Of a stretch of DNA of 64,000 bases, positions 1 through 7,972 are shown in pieces. Position 1 is the stretch's first letter, and every line of letters starts with the position of its first letter. A model generated the notes under the pieces. It did no database searches. It saw only the letters and a program-made list of their open reading frames with translations, and was not told where the DNA came from. Position numbers and translations under genes: made by a program. The stretch covers positions 81,982 to 145,981 of the forward strand of contig JAZSIR010000001.1 of assembly GCA_045533905.1 (NCBI GenBank), given 5' to 3'. Origin of the DNA: Clostridia bacterium (GTDB lineage: Bacteria > Bacillota > Clostridia > UMGS1883 > UMGS1540).

Positions 1-13
1 CTCTTATTGCCTA

Positions 14-370
14 CTATTTCTTCCATCTGAGAGCCGTAATCTCATATTTTTCCCCGAGGGCGGTGCCGTCGTATATTTCTTTACCGTCATACGAAACGAA
101 GCAGTTGCCGATGTACGACCAGTGGGCGCCGTTTACCTGCCAGGTGATATGCATCACATAATAGAAAGTGCCGTTTTGGGACGCGGAACCTGTGCAACGA
201 TAGGCAATCGGAAACCCTGTTTCCGCATCACATTCTCCCAAAACATCACGGCAAAGCGCTTCCGCTTCCTGCGCGGTGATGGTATCCTTCTGCATTGCCA
301 CATATGCGCCCAGCACCACCGCCAGTATAACTGCCAGAAGGCAGAAAGCCAAAACCCATATTTTCTTCAT
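14..370 (-). CDS. Hypothetical secreted/membrane-anchored protein
   Basis: 118 aa ORF, N-terminal MKK + hydrophobic stretch, RBS (GGGAG) upstream, co-oriented with neighbours. Confidence 0.7.
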   Translation of the reverse strand: MKKIWVLAFCLLAVILAVVLGAYVAMQKDTITAQEAEALCRDVLGECDAETGFPIAYRCTGSASQNGTFYYVMHITWQVNGAHWSYIGNCFVSYDGKEIYDGTALGEKYEITALRWKK

Positions 371-395
371 CGTTTCACTCCCTTTTCATCGTATG

Positions 396-779
396 CTATC
401 CTTTCGCGCAATAGACGTCGATGGCGTCTCGGATAAACGAAGCCGTGCCCGCCCCGTGTTTATTGATGTTCGCCCGGAAGCGTTCATCTTCCACATACAT
501 TTTCCCAAGGCCCGACAAAATCTCATTTGTGCAGAGGTAGTAGTTTTCGGTGATATGCACCTGCAGCTTCTCTGCCAGTTTTTGTGTTTCGGGAGACTCT
601 GCTTTTTCCCCTTTTTGCATCAAAGCGGCAAAAGACGCGAGTATCGCATCCATTTCGAGGGCGAGTGTGGCCCACTTTTCTTTTGCATACGCCTTCGTTT
701 TTTCTGTATGTTCTTTATAGGCGGCCGTTTCGCCCCATCTTTCTTTTATCTCTTCTTTATAAGTTTCAAACGCCTGCAT
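396..779 (-). CDS. Stand-alone TipAS antibiotic-recognition domain protein
   Basis: YKEEIKERWG...LGKMYVEDERFRANI..G.A.FI.DAI matches TipAS; start MQAF chosen because its ATG overlaps the upstream TAA (TAATG). Confidence 0.85.
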   Translation of the reverse strand: MQAFETYKEEIKERWGETAAYKEHTEKTKAYAKEKWATLALEMDAILASFAALMQKGEKAESPETQKLAEKLQVHITENYYLCTNEILSGLGKMYVEDERFRANINKHGAGTASFIRDAIDVYCAKG

Positions 780-1294
780 TATACGTTCCTCTTCACAAGT
801 TCGTCGGGCAATCTGTATTCCAGAATAATCGTATTTGTCCACTTTCCAAACTTATCTTGCGCAATGCGTTCTCTGTAGCCTATCGTTCTGAAGCCGCATT
901 TCGTATGCAGCTGCAGGCTGTTTTCATTGGTCGAAAACACAGAGGCGTACAGACACCAGAAGCCTTTGCCGGGTGCCTCGTCAATTAATTTTTGCATAAG
1001 ACTTGTACCCACGCCCCGGTGCCGATAGTTTTCATCGACATAGACAGACACTTCCACAACGCCACGGTACGGTTCGCGCGTCGTCGTCGGGCTCACGGCC
1101 ACAAAGCCTGCCACTATGCCGTCGCACAAGGCCACATACCGGCAGTTCTTATGGTGCACGGCATCCCATTCTTCCCAGGTGGGATACGTTGTGGTAAAGG
1201 TTGCCTTACCCGAATCAATGCCCTTCTTATATATTTCAAAAACCCGATTCCAGTCTTCCGGAATCATTTCACGAATCTGCATTTTTTCCTCCAC
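779..1294 (-). CDS. GNAT N-acetyltransferase (YncA/MddA/Pat-like)
   Basis: EVSVYV..YRHRGVG acetyl-CoA motif, N..SL.LH.KCGFR.IG.RE. Confidence 0.9.
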   Translation of the reverse strand: MEEKMQIREMIPEDWNRVFEIYKKGIDSGKATFTTTYPTWEEWDAVHHKNCRYVALCDGIVAGFVAVSPTTTREPYRGVVEVSVYVDENYRHRGVGTSLMQKLIDEAPGKGFWCLYASVFSTNENSLQLHTKCGFRTIGYRERIAQDKFGKWTNTIILEYRLPDELVKRNV

Positions 1295-1323
1295 AGCTTT
1301 ATTGTCTTTCCGGTATTCTCTGC

Positions 1324-1458
1324 CTATAAAACTGCATATATGCCCGGCAGTATACCTGTCTCGCTCTTTCGCTTTATGTTTTCGTAGGTCGAGGTGGTAA
1401 TCCGGATGCAGGCAAATGCGAAAAGCAAAACCAAAATAATTATGATGCCCTTTTTCAT
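1324..1458 (-). CDS. Small 44 aa signal-peptide/TM peptide (possibly a remnant)
   Basis: MKKGIIIILVLLFAFACI; ATG overlaps ThuA stop (ATGA), purine-rich RBS. Confidence 0.45.
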   Translation of the reverse strand: MKKGIIIILVLLFAFACIRITTSTYENIKRKSETGILPGIYAVL

Positions 1459-2213
1459 CTCTCTATCCCCTTCGCGCAGTATTCTGCAGGGGCGCCTTTC
1501 CCCCGTTCTATGATGCCTGCACGTATGCATCTCAGTTCTTTTTCCCGATATGCAGGCTTTGCCCACCGCACGGCGTTCTGAATCACCTTCTGAATTTCCG
1601 GCTGATGGTAAATGGGATATTCCTCGTGGCCGGGCTGAAAATAGAATATCTTCCCTCGGCCTCTTTGATACACACAGCCCGAGCGGAAAATCTCGCCGCT
1701 TTCGTACCAGGCAACCATTAAAAGATTGTCCGGTACCGGCACCCCGAAGGGCTCGCTGTACATTTCCTCCCTGGGGATTTCAAAATATGCGGGAAGCCCC
1801 ATTGTAATGGGATGGTCGCGGTCAAGAATCCAGACGCGCTCAAATTCCCCGCCGTCACGCCACGAAAGATTGCAGGATGTGCCCATCAGAAGTTTGAAGG
1901 GCTTCGACAGATGTGCCGAGTGGAGAAAAATAGCGCCCATTCCGCGGAGAACCGCTTCCTGCACCATTTTAGCGACCTCGTCCGGCACCTTCTGATACGC
2001 CTCGTGTCCCCACCAGATCAAAACATCGGTTTCCTCGAGGATTTCGGGTGTAATACCGCAGTTTTCATCGTCTAAAGTTGCCGTTTTTACGCGAATATCG
2101 TCGCACTGCAAAAAGTTTTTTATGGTCGTATGAATCCCTTCGGGATAAATGGCCTGTACCTTTTCTTCCCGTCTCTCGTGAATGTTTTCATTCCACACCA
2201 AAACACGAATCAT
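1455..2213 (-). CDS. ThuA-domain (trehalose utilisation, class I GATase-like) protein
   Basis: RVLVWNE..HE, YPEGIH, DVLIWWGH, LHSAH, FYFQPGHE. Confidence 0.92.
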   Translation of the reverse strand: MIRVLVWNENIHERREEKVQAIYPEGIHTTIKNFLQCDDIRVKTATLDDENCGITPEILEETDVLIWWGHEAYQKVPDEVAKMVQEAVLRGMGAIFLHSAHLSKPFKLLMGTSCNLSWRDGGEFERVWILDRDHPITMGLPAYFEIPREEMYSEPFGVPVPDNLLMVAWYESGEIFRSGCVYQRGRGKIFYFQPGHEEYPIYHQPEIQKVIQNAVRWAKPAYREKELRCIRAGIIERGKGAPAEYCAKGIER

Positions 2214-2279
2214 TTTCTTCTCTCCTTTATGCGGGCAAAATCTCCCCCCCCACGTCAAAGTAAAAGCAAAACCGTGGGC

Positions 2280-3185
2280 TCAGAAAATAGTCAGCCGCAC
2301 AACCTCACCTTTATTGCGGGTGCGGAGATGCCCACACTCGATGTACTCGCGGAAGGCGGACGGAATGAAGCTGTTGTCTCCCGGTTCGAAGGCTCTGAGG
2401 CGCTCTCTTGCAATCTCCTTGATTTCGTCTGCCGATTTGCCAAGTGCATAGCCTTCAAAATAGGTGGTGCAAAGCTCTACATAGTTCAGTTTTTTGTTTT
2501 TCTTCTCGGCATCATATCTCTTTTTATTCCAGTCCTCAAACACAAAGGGCGTATCAAAATCACATTCGGCAATCTCCCCGATTTCCTTCAGGAAAATCTG
2601 TGCCATCACGTGATAGCCGTAGTCTGTAGGATGGGTACGGTCGGGCTGTATAATCTCTGCTTTCCCGAGAAGCGGAAGCAGATGATCCTTAAAGTTTACA
2701 ACGCGGCAGCCGTACTTTTCGGCCATTTCAAGCTGAAACGCGCACGCTCTCTCAAGGGCGGCCTGGTAGCATTTCTTTTCGGTGCCCGCTTCGGAAACTT
2801 CATCGTACGGCGTGGGCAGGCATATAATAACCTCCGCGCCCGCATTTTTGCAGCTATGGATAATTTCTTCATACGCACCTTTATGGCGCAAAAACCAGCT
2901 TTCCCGTGCCTCGGCTTCTTCATGGCTTTGCGGCGCGGCCGTTTTGTAGAGGTCTACATTCATATCGTTCATACCGAGCATCAAAACCACATAATCAGGA
3001 TTATGGATAAGGCATTCCGTATGCATATATCCACGCACCTTGTCGGCAATGCTCCCGGAAACGCCGCAGTTATAACACTTTATCTTATACTTTTTCCGCA
3101 AAGTCTGGTAGACCTCTGCTTCCCAAAGCCCTTCAGCGGTGATACTGTCGCCAAGAAAACAAATAACATCTCTGTCCTTAAACAT
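2280..3185 (-). CDS. SGNH/GDSL hydrolase
   Basis: FLGDSIT, NCGVSG, LGMND, DRTHP. Confidence 0.9.
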   Translation of the reverse strand: MFKDRDVICFLGDSITAEGLWEAEVYQTLRKKYKIKCYNCGVSGSIADKVRGYMHTECLIHNPDYVVLMLGMNDMNVDLYKTAAPQSHEEAEARESWFLRHKGAYEEIIHSCKNAGAEVIICLPTPYDEVSEAGTEKKCYQAALERACAFQLEMAEKYGCRVVNFKDHLLPLLGKAEIIQPDRTHPTDYGYHVMAQIFLKEIGEIAECDFDTPFVFEDWNKKRYDAEKKNKKLNYVELCTTYFEGYALGKSADEIKEIARERLRAFEPGDNSFIPSAFREYIECGHLRTRNKGEVVRLTIF

Positions 3186-3201
3186 TTTTTTCTCTCCTTT
3201 T

Positions 3202-4203
3202 CTACATAAGTCCCATACACCAGATGACAACGAGTGCCGTAAGCGTTACAAGCGTATCAATGGTGATTCCGTAAAACATCGGCGCAAGGCCTGCCTTCTT
3301 AAAATCGGCAATGCTTGTGCCAAGGCCGATGGCCGCCAGTGCCGTCACCATCAGAAACTTACTTGCGCTCTTCATAAGGCCTGAAAGTTCTGCAGGAATC
3401 ATACCGACACTGTTTGCAACCGCAAGCGCCAGAAAGCCGCCGATGAACCAGGGGATGATTTTCATAAGATTGACCTTTTTGCCACCGCTTTCGGCTTGGA
3501 GTTCTTTCTGCTTTATACGGGTGCCGATATAGGCAAACACCAAAACGGTGGGAATGATGGCGATTGTGCGGGTGAGCTTCACCATCGTGGCAAAATCGCC
3601 TGCGGCCTCCGAAAATGCATAGCCGGAGGCAACCACGCTTGCCGTGTCATTTACCGATGTGCCTGCCCAGATGCCATAGGCAATATCGCTCATACCGAGA
3701 ACTTTTCCCATAATCGGATACAGGGCAATCATCACCATATCGAAGAGAAAAGTAGAGGATAGTGCAAAGGCGATATCCTTATCGTCGGCGTCAATGACGG
3801 GGGCAATCGCCGCCACCGCAGAGCCGCCACAGATGCCTGTCCCTGCCGAAATCAAATTGCCGAGCTTCCAGTTGAGCCCGAAGAGCCTGCGGACAAAATA
3901 GCCGCCACCGAAGCACATTGCAAAGGTAAACAGCATTACGAAAAAAGTCATTTTGCCGACAGACATAATCGTACCGACAGAAAGGGATGCGCCGAGAAGG
4001 ATGATGGCACCTTTCAAGATTCTTTTAGAGGTGAATTTGAGCGCCGGCTTTATCCAGTCCGGATGGAAAAAGCTATTGAGGATCGTGCCCATAAACAGGG
4101 CAATGATGGATGCGCCAAGAAGCTCGCCCGGAATGATGCGCTCGAGCCAGATGGATAAAACTGCAACCAGCATACAGATTGCAATCCCCGAGATAACTAC
4201 CAT
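3202..4203 (-). CDS. YeiH-family (putative sulfate exporter, UPF0324) membrane protein
   Basis: GTGICGGSAVAA, GIWAGTSVND, KLTR motifs; multiple TM helices. Confidence 0.9.
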   Translation of the reverse strand: MVVISGIAICMLVAVLSIWLERIIPGELLGASIIALFMGTILNSFFHPDWIKPALKFTSKRILKGAIILLGASLSVGTIMSVGKMTFFVMLFTFAMCFGGGYFVRRLFGLNWKLGNLISAGTGICGGSAVAAIAPVIDADDKDIAFALSSTFLFDMVMIALYPIMGKVLGMSDIAYGIWAGTSVNDTASVVASGYAFSEAAGDFATMVKLTRTIAIIPTVLVFAYIGTRIKQKELQAESGGKKVNLMKIIPWFIGGFLALAVANSVGMIPAELSGLMKSASKFLMVTALAAIGLGTSIADFKKAGLAPMFYGITIDTLVTLTALVVIWCMGLM

Positions 4204-4250
4204 TGTTTTTTTTATTTTGTCTTCTCTCCTTTCAGCACCGGTATGTTAAT

Positions 4251-4445
4251 TCATATGCATATAAATCTTTTACTTCTGCATACATCATTTTTGAAAAGCT
4301 CTGCTCTTATAAACCGATACAGTTTAGACCGCAAGCCTTGCGCCGGCGACCATAATATATATGTACCGGAATAAACGGAAATGGCATTTGCCATATCTGC
4401 CGCCAGATATACGCCTGCGGCACCGCTCCATCCGAAATAGACATC
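4251..4445 (-). pseudogene. 3' remnant of a beta-lactamase-family serine hydrolase, truncated at junction repeat
   Basis: Manual translation DVYFGWSGAAGVYLAADMANAISVY...SPAQGLRSKLY...stop; same FGWSGA.G motif as intact 7973-9097 gene; no start codon. Confidence 0.65.
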
Positions 4446-4523
4446 CTTTATATAAAGACTGTATAATCTGGATGCCGGTCTTTTTAGCTGCGGTTGTTAC
4501 TACAACCACATTAGGTGTAAACT
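4446..4523. repeat. Junction site A (31 bp CTTTATATAAAGACTGTATAATCTGGATGCC) plus tail and degenerate second unit
   Basis: 4446-4476 identical to 6549-6579; near-identical to 22524-22548; tail GTCTTTTTAGC shared with 7148-7158. Confidence 0.9.
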
Positions 4524-6525
4524 ATAGTTTGCCCAATATTTTTATTGCATAATATAACGCCCAGTCCTGATCGTTCGCAAAGCTATCATATTTATGACCT
4601 GATGCGACACCCGGTCTCATATGTGCGTTCTCATATCCTGCTACGGAAGAATACTGCATTACCTTATACGGAACCAGATATCCGGCAGAAGCAAAACCAT
4701 TTTCGAAATAAACGCAAAGATTGTTCTTTACTACAGCCTCCGCATACTCCCTATACGCACTTTCAAATCCACACTTATATAGGAAATCATATGTTTCAGC
4801 AGACAATGCACATAGCCATTGGGGCATAGTATCACCATAAGTTTTGCTTTTCCCAAACCAATACAAATCCCAGTAGCGAACAGCATTCATATTTACGTGA
4901 TAATCAGGTTGCCTTGCAAAAAACGCATTTGATTTTTCGATGAATCCTGGTGCCATTTCAAGATATTTTTTATCACCTGAAAGCATATATGCCTGACACA
5001 AAATATTCACTTTGCCATTGAACATAAACTGCGTACATTTCACTTCTTCAGAAAAACATTTACTGCCGTCTCTTATAATTCTTTCTGCGTGAACAAGGGT
5101 ATGATGTATAAGTCTTTCCCTGAGTTCATGCAAGCCTTCTGCCTGAAGTAATTCGCATATTTCGTATGTTCTTATGCATGGGGATTCCTGCTCTCCTCCC
5201 CGTACCTTTTCATAATACGAAACCATAGTACGCGCAGAAATTTCAAGACATTCCTTTTCTTTTGTAAGCAAATACCATTCAAGATAATACACAGCCATCC
5301 ACGGATAATTATATGCACGCTTCCATTTATCATCGCGATTTACGCCGTTGTATACGGTTGCAGTGTCTTTATCAAAAATTTCCCTTTCAATGAACCTTCG
5401 GTGTTTAATCAAGGATTTCATCATAGTTTCATCGTATCTTTTTTGCAAAGCCTGTGCCACTACAACCCCCATTGACAATCTTTCACGGCACGCATTGTTG
5501 TCCTGAAAACACTCATCATAATATAGCTTGTCTGTGTCTCTGTCATAAATAAGGTATGCACCGTCAAGACAACTCCCCGATCTGTGATATTGTTGTTTTG
5601 TTGTGATAAACTCAGCTCTTTTTATAACAATTTCATCAAGCGGTAATAATATATTTATTTTTAACCATAATAATTTACCATTTACCGACAAATAAATCGT
5701 TCTTTCTCCAGGAGTCTTGAAGGAATGTGTCCATTTTGCTTTGTTTCCGAATTTAGTGTACTTTATTTCTTTATCTTCACATACAATTTTCAAATCATCC
5801 CAACAATCAAGACTATCAAACTCGCATTCAACAGCTTCGTCTATAAAAGCACTGTATTTATTTGCAATTATTTTCATCCTGGAAAACTCATTCAATATTC
5901 CCTCGTCCGGAGCTATATTGTCGAAACGAAATACAAATGACAAAGTTATACTTTCTCCCGGTGCAACTACAATATCACCCGGATGCAACACTATATCACC
6001 ACGGTAACTCGCGCCTACCTTTACGCGGCTCACATCGTAGCTGATGCTGTAATCAGCTATTCCTCCTTTGACTATGTTACATACAAGGTAAGGTTTTATA
6101 CCGCTCGGTTTCGCTGAATACATCCACGCGCCATCTCCACCACACCAGACGTGTGTTATGCACGAATTATTATGCAAATTGGTTTTGTTCTCAAATGTAC
6201 AGTTATAAGGAAAGTGTATTCCCAGATTATCTTTTGTAAAAAAGTATTCAGAGCAATTATTATTTGTTATGCAGTAGCACTCTGTATATATCCCGTTTTT
6301 TACTCTTTTATTAACACATAATTCGAGCGATTGATTTTCCGAATACACATCAATACCATCTTCTGCATTCATTACCCGATAATTCTCAAAGCCGATAACC
6401 TTTCCCCAATCTGAATTTTCTAAAATCCAGTTAAATCCATATTCATCATCCGGATTATATATCGCTGTGGTATAGCCATTAACTTCATCGAATGCAACAC
6501 AAATTTTACCATCATTATACTTCAT
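4522..6525 (-). CDS. Six-hairpin glycosidase-like hypothetical protein (AT-rich cassette)
   Basis: 667 aa; N..RERL.MG, R.YNYPW, RYWD.YWFGK...YGDT.P, ANDQDWALY motifs. Confidence 0.7.
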   Translation of the reverse strand: MKYNDGKICVAFDEVNGYTTAIYNPDDEYGFNWILENSDWGKVIGFENYRVMNAEDGIDVYSENQSLELCVNKRVKNGIYTECYCITNNNCSEYFFTKDNLGIHFPYNCTFENKTNLHNNSCITHVWCGGDGAWMYSAKPSGIKPYLVCNIVKGGIADYSISYDVSRVKVGASYRGDIVLHPGDIVVAPGESITLSFVFRFDNIAPDEGILNEFSRMKIIANKYSAFIDEAVECEFDSLDCWDDLKIVCEDKEIKYTKFGNKAKWTHSFKTPGERTIYLSVNGKLLWLKINILLPLDEIVIKRAEFITTKQQYHRSGSCLDGAYLIYDRDTDKLYYDECFQDNNACRERLSMGVVVAQALQKRYDETMMKSLIKHRRFIEREIFDKDTATVYNGVNRDDKWKRAYNYPWMAVYYLEWYLLTKEKECLEISARTMVSYYEKVRGGEQESPCIRTYEICELLQAEGLHELRERLIHHTLVHAERIIRDGSKCFSEEVKCTQFMFNGKVNILCQAYMLSGDKKYLEMAPGFIEKSNAFFARQPDYHVNMNAVRYWDLYWFGKSKTYGDTMPQWLCALSAETYDFLYKCGFESAYREYAEAVVKNNLCVYFENGFASAGYLVPYKVMQYSSVAGYENAHMRPGVASGHKYDSFANDQDWALYYAIKILGKL

Positions 6526-6548
6526 ATCTATACACTCCTTTTGAAATT

Positions 6549-6619
6549 CTTTATATAAAGACTGTATAATCTGGATGCCACTTTTTATGTTTATTGCGAC
6601 ACATAAGGTTTAGATGCAA
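6549..6619. repeat. Tandem junction sites B (6549-6579) and C (6593-6619)
   Basis: B identical to 4446-4476; C ATTGCGACACATAAGGTTTAGATGCAA nearly identical to 7121-7147 and 7165-7191. Confidence 0.9.
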
Positions 6620-6627
6620 CTTTTCAA

Positions 6628-6688
6628 AGGCTCCCTTGAGGCTCCCTTGTGTAAAGGGAGCTGTCAGCGAAGCTGACTGAGGGATTGT
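6628..6688. repeat. REP-like double hairpin (left copy) with 11 bp tandem duplication
   Basis: GCTCCCTT-gtgta-AAGGGAGC and GTCAGC-gaa-GCTGAC hairpins; inverted homolog of 7035-7088; AGGCTCCCTTG duplicated. Confidence 0.85.
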
Positions 6689-7032
6689 TTCACTACATTA
6701 TCTATAAACATACAAACTCCATCAAAGTTTTTCAAAACATCAAGATTTGATATTCGGATAACTTTTATCCCATATTGTTCTAAATAAGCAGTTCTTTTTT
6801 CATCATTGAAAAGCCCGTCATCTTCGTAGTGTTGCGAACCATCTAACTCTATAACAACATTTGCTTTTGCGCAATAGAAGTCTGCTATATATTTACCTAA
6901 CACCTTTTGCCTTGTAAACTTTATAGGATAACTTCTTAAAAAATCATACCAAAGATGTCTTTCTTCTTTAGTCATATTTTTTCTAAGTTCCTTTGCAAAT
7001 GGAACTATTTTATTATTATGTTTTCTATCCAT
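6664..7032 (-). CDS. DUF559 / Vsr-like PD-(D/E)xK endonuclease
   Basis: AKELRKNMTKEE..LW, F.RQ...G.YIADFYC, IELDGSQH, D..R..YL...GI.VIR..N. Confidence 0.92.
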   Translation of the reverse strand: MDRKHNNKIVPFAKELRKNMTKEERHLWYDFLRSYPIKFTRQKVLGKYIADFYCAKANVVIELDGSQHYEDDGLFNDEKRTAYLEQYGIKVIRISNLDVLKNFDGVCMFIDNVVKQSLSQLR

Positions 7033-7034
7033 TT

Positions 7035-7088
7035 ACAACCCCTCCGAGTTTGCTTCGCAAACTCACCTCCCCTTGCACAGGGGAGGCT
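7035..7088. repeat. REP-like double hairpin (right copy, inverted)
   Basis: GAGTTTGC-ttc-GCAAACTC and CCTCCCCT-tgcac-AGGGGAGG hairpins. Confidence 0.85.
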
Positions 7089-7096
7089 TTTTCCTT

Positions 7097-7113
7097 TTCG
7101 TCATATTTCGACA
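7097..7113 (-). promoter_or_regulatory. Tandem Spo0A boxes (TGNCGAA x2)
   Basis: Minus strand TGTCGAA-ata-TGACGAA upstream of DUF559 gene. Confidence 0.55.
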
Positions 7114-7120
7114 TCTTTAC

Positions 7121-7226
7121 ATTGCGAGGCATAAGGTTTAGATGCAAGTCTTTTTAGCATAGCGAATGCGACATATAAGGTTTAGATGCAAACCTTTTTG
7201 GTGGCTGTTAATATCAAGACATATAA
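7121..7226. repeat. Tandem junction sites D (7121-7147), E (7165-7191) and partial F
   Basis: Core ATAAGGTTTAGATGCAA repeated at 44 bp period; GACATATAA recurs at about 7218-7226. Confidence 0.88.
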
Positions 7227-7238
7227 ATAAATTGGAAT

Positions 7239-7889
7239 TTACTTAACTGCCTTTAGCGTATAAGTTGCTCCCCAATGGTTCAAAACTTCGACCGCAGAAA
7301 ACCCTGCTTCAAGTAATGCTTCCGTTTCATGCTTTACGGTAAGAGGTGTATCGTAATGATAGAATTCATCATCACAAATACCTTGTTCTGCTTTCAATGC
7401 TGACAAATTCCGTCTGTGCATCTGTTCTTCTTCATCGGATAATGAAAAATAATCCGTAAGGATAAAACATCCCTTATCCTTTATTGCCGTATGTAGTTTA
7501 GAGTATAACGCAATCTTTGCTTCTTTTCTGAAATGATGCAGACTCTCCACCGATACCGCTGCATCGAATACGTTCTCGCCCAAAGGCACATTAAAATACG
7601 AGCCGAGTATCAAGGTTATATCCTTGCCCACGAATTTACGCTTGAGTTCGGCTAACATTCCTTGCGAGAGGTCAATTCCTGTAACCTTTGCTAACGGATT
7701 CTGCGTATAGTATTCTTGAAGTTCTAATCCCGTGCCACAGCCCAAATCAAGCACGTGGCAGTTTTCAGTGGTCGGCAATTGTTTTGCTGTAAAGGGATAG
7801 AATTCGTTTGCGGATTCGATGTTGGTCATCATATGCTCATCGTATCCATCAAGTCTTGCTTCAAAAAAATCGCTCATTTTTTCAAGCAT
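7239..7889 (-). CDS. Class I SAM-dependent methyltransferase
   Basis: VLDLGCGTG, GIDLS..ML, FDAAVS..SLHH. Confidence 0.92.
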   Translation of the reverse strand: MLEKMSDFFEARLDGYDEHMMTNIESANEFYPFTAKQLPTTENCHVLDLGCGTGLELQEYYTQNPLAKVTGIDLSQGMLAELKRKFVGKDITLILGSYFNVPLGENVFDAAVSVESLHHFRKEAKIALYSKLHTAIKDKGCFILTDYFSLSDEEEQMHRRNLSALKAEQGICDDEFYHYDTPLTVKHETEALLEAGFSAVEVLNHWGATYTLKAVK

Positions 7890-7920
7890 ACATAACCTCC
7901 TACAAATTCTTATTTATCTG

Positions 7921-7937
7921 TTCGACATTTTTCGACA
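7921..7937 (-). promoter_or_regulatory. Tandem Spo0A boxes (TGTCGAA x2)
   Basis: Minus strand TGTCGAA-aaa-TGTCGAA, 32 bp upstream of methyltransferase ATG. Confidence 0.6.
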
Positions 7938-7972
7938 TATCAATAATACTTGCGTTAAGTTAATGGCAAAAA

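Noticed and set aside
4324-4509. 61 aa ORF from the track
   Set aside because: Spans the junction repeat; a different frame gives the recognisable serine-hydrolase tail.
6549-7226. Tandem repeats as a CRISPR array
   Set aside because: Only 2-3 units per cluster, intervening sequence under 20 bp and partly conserved, no cas genes in window.
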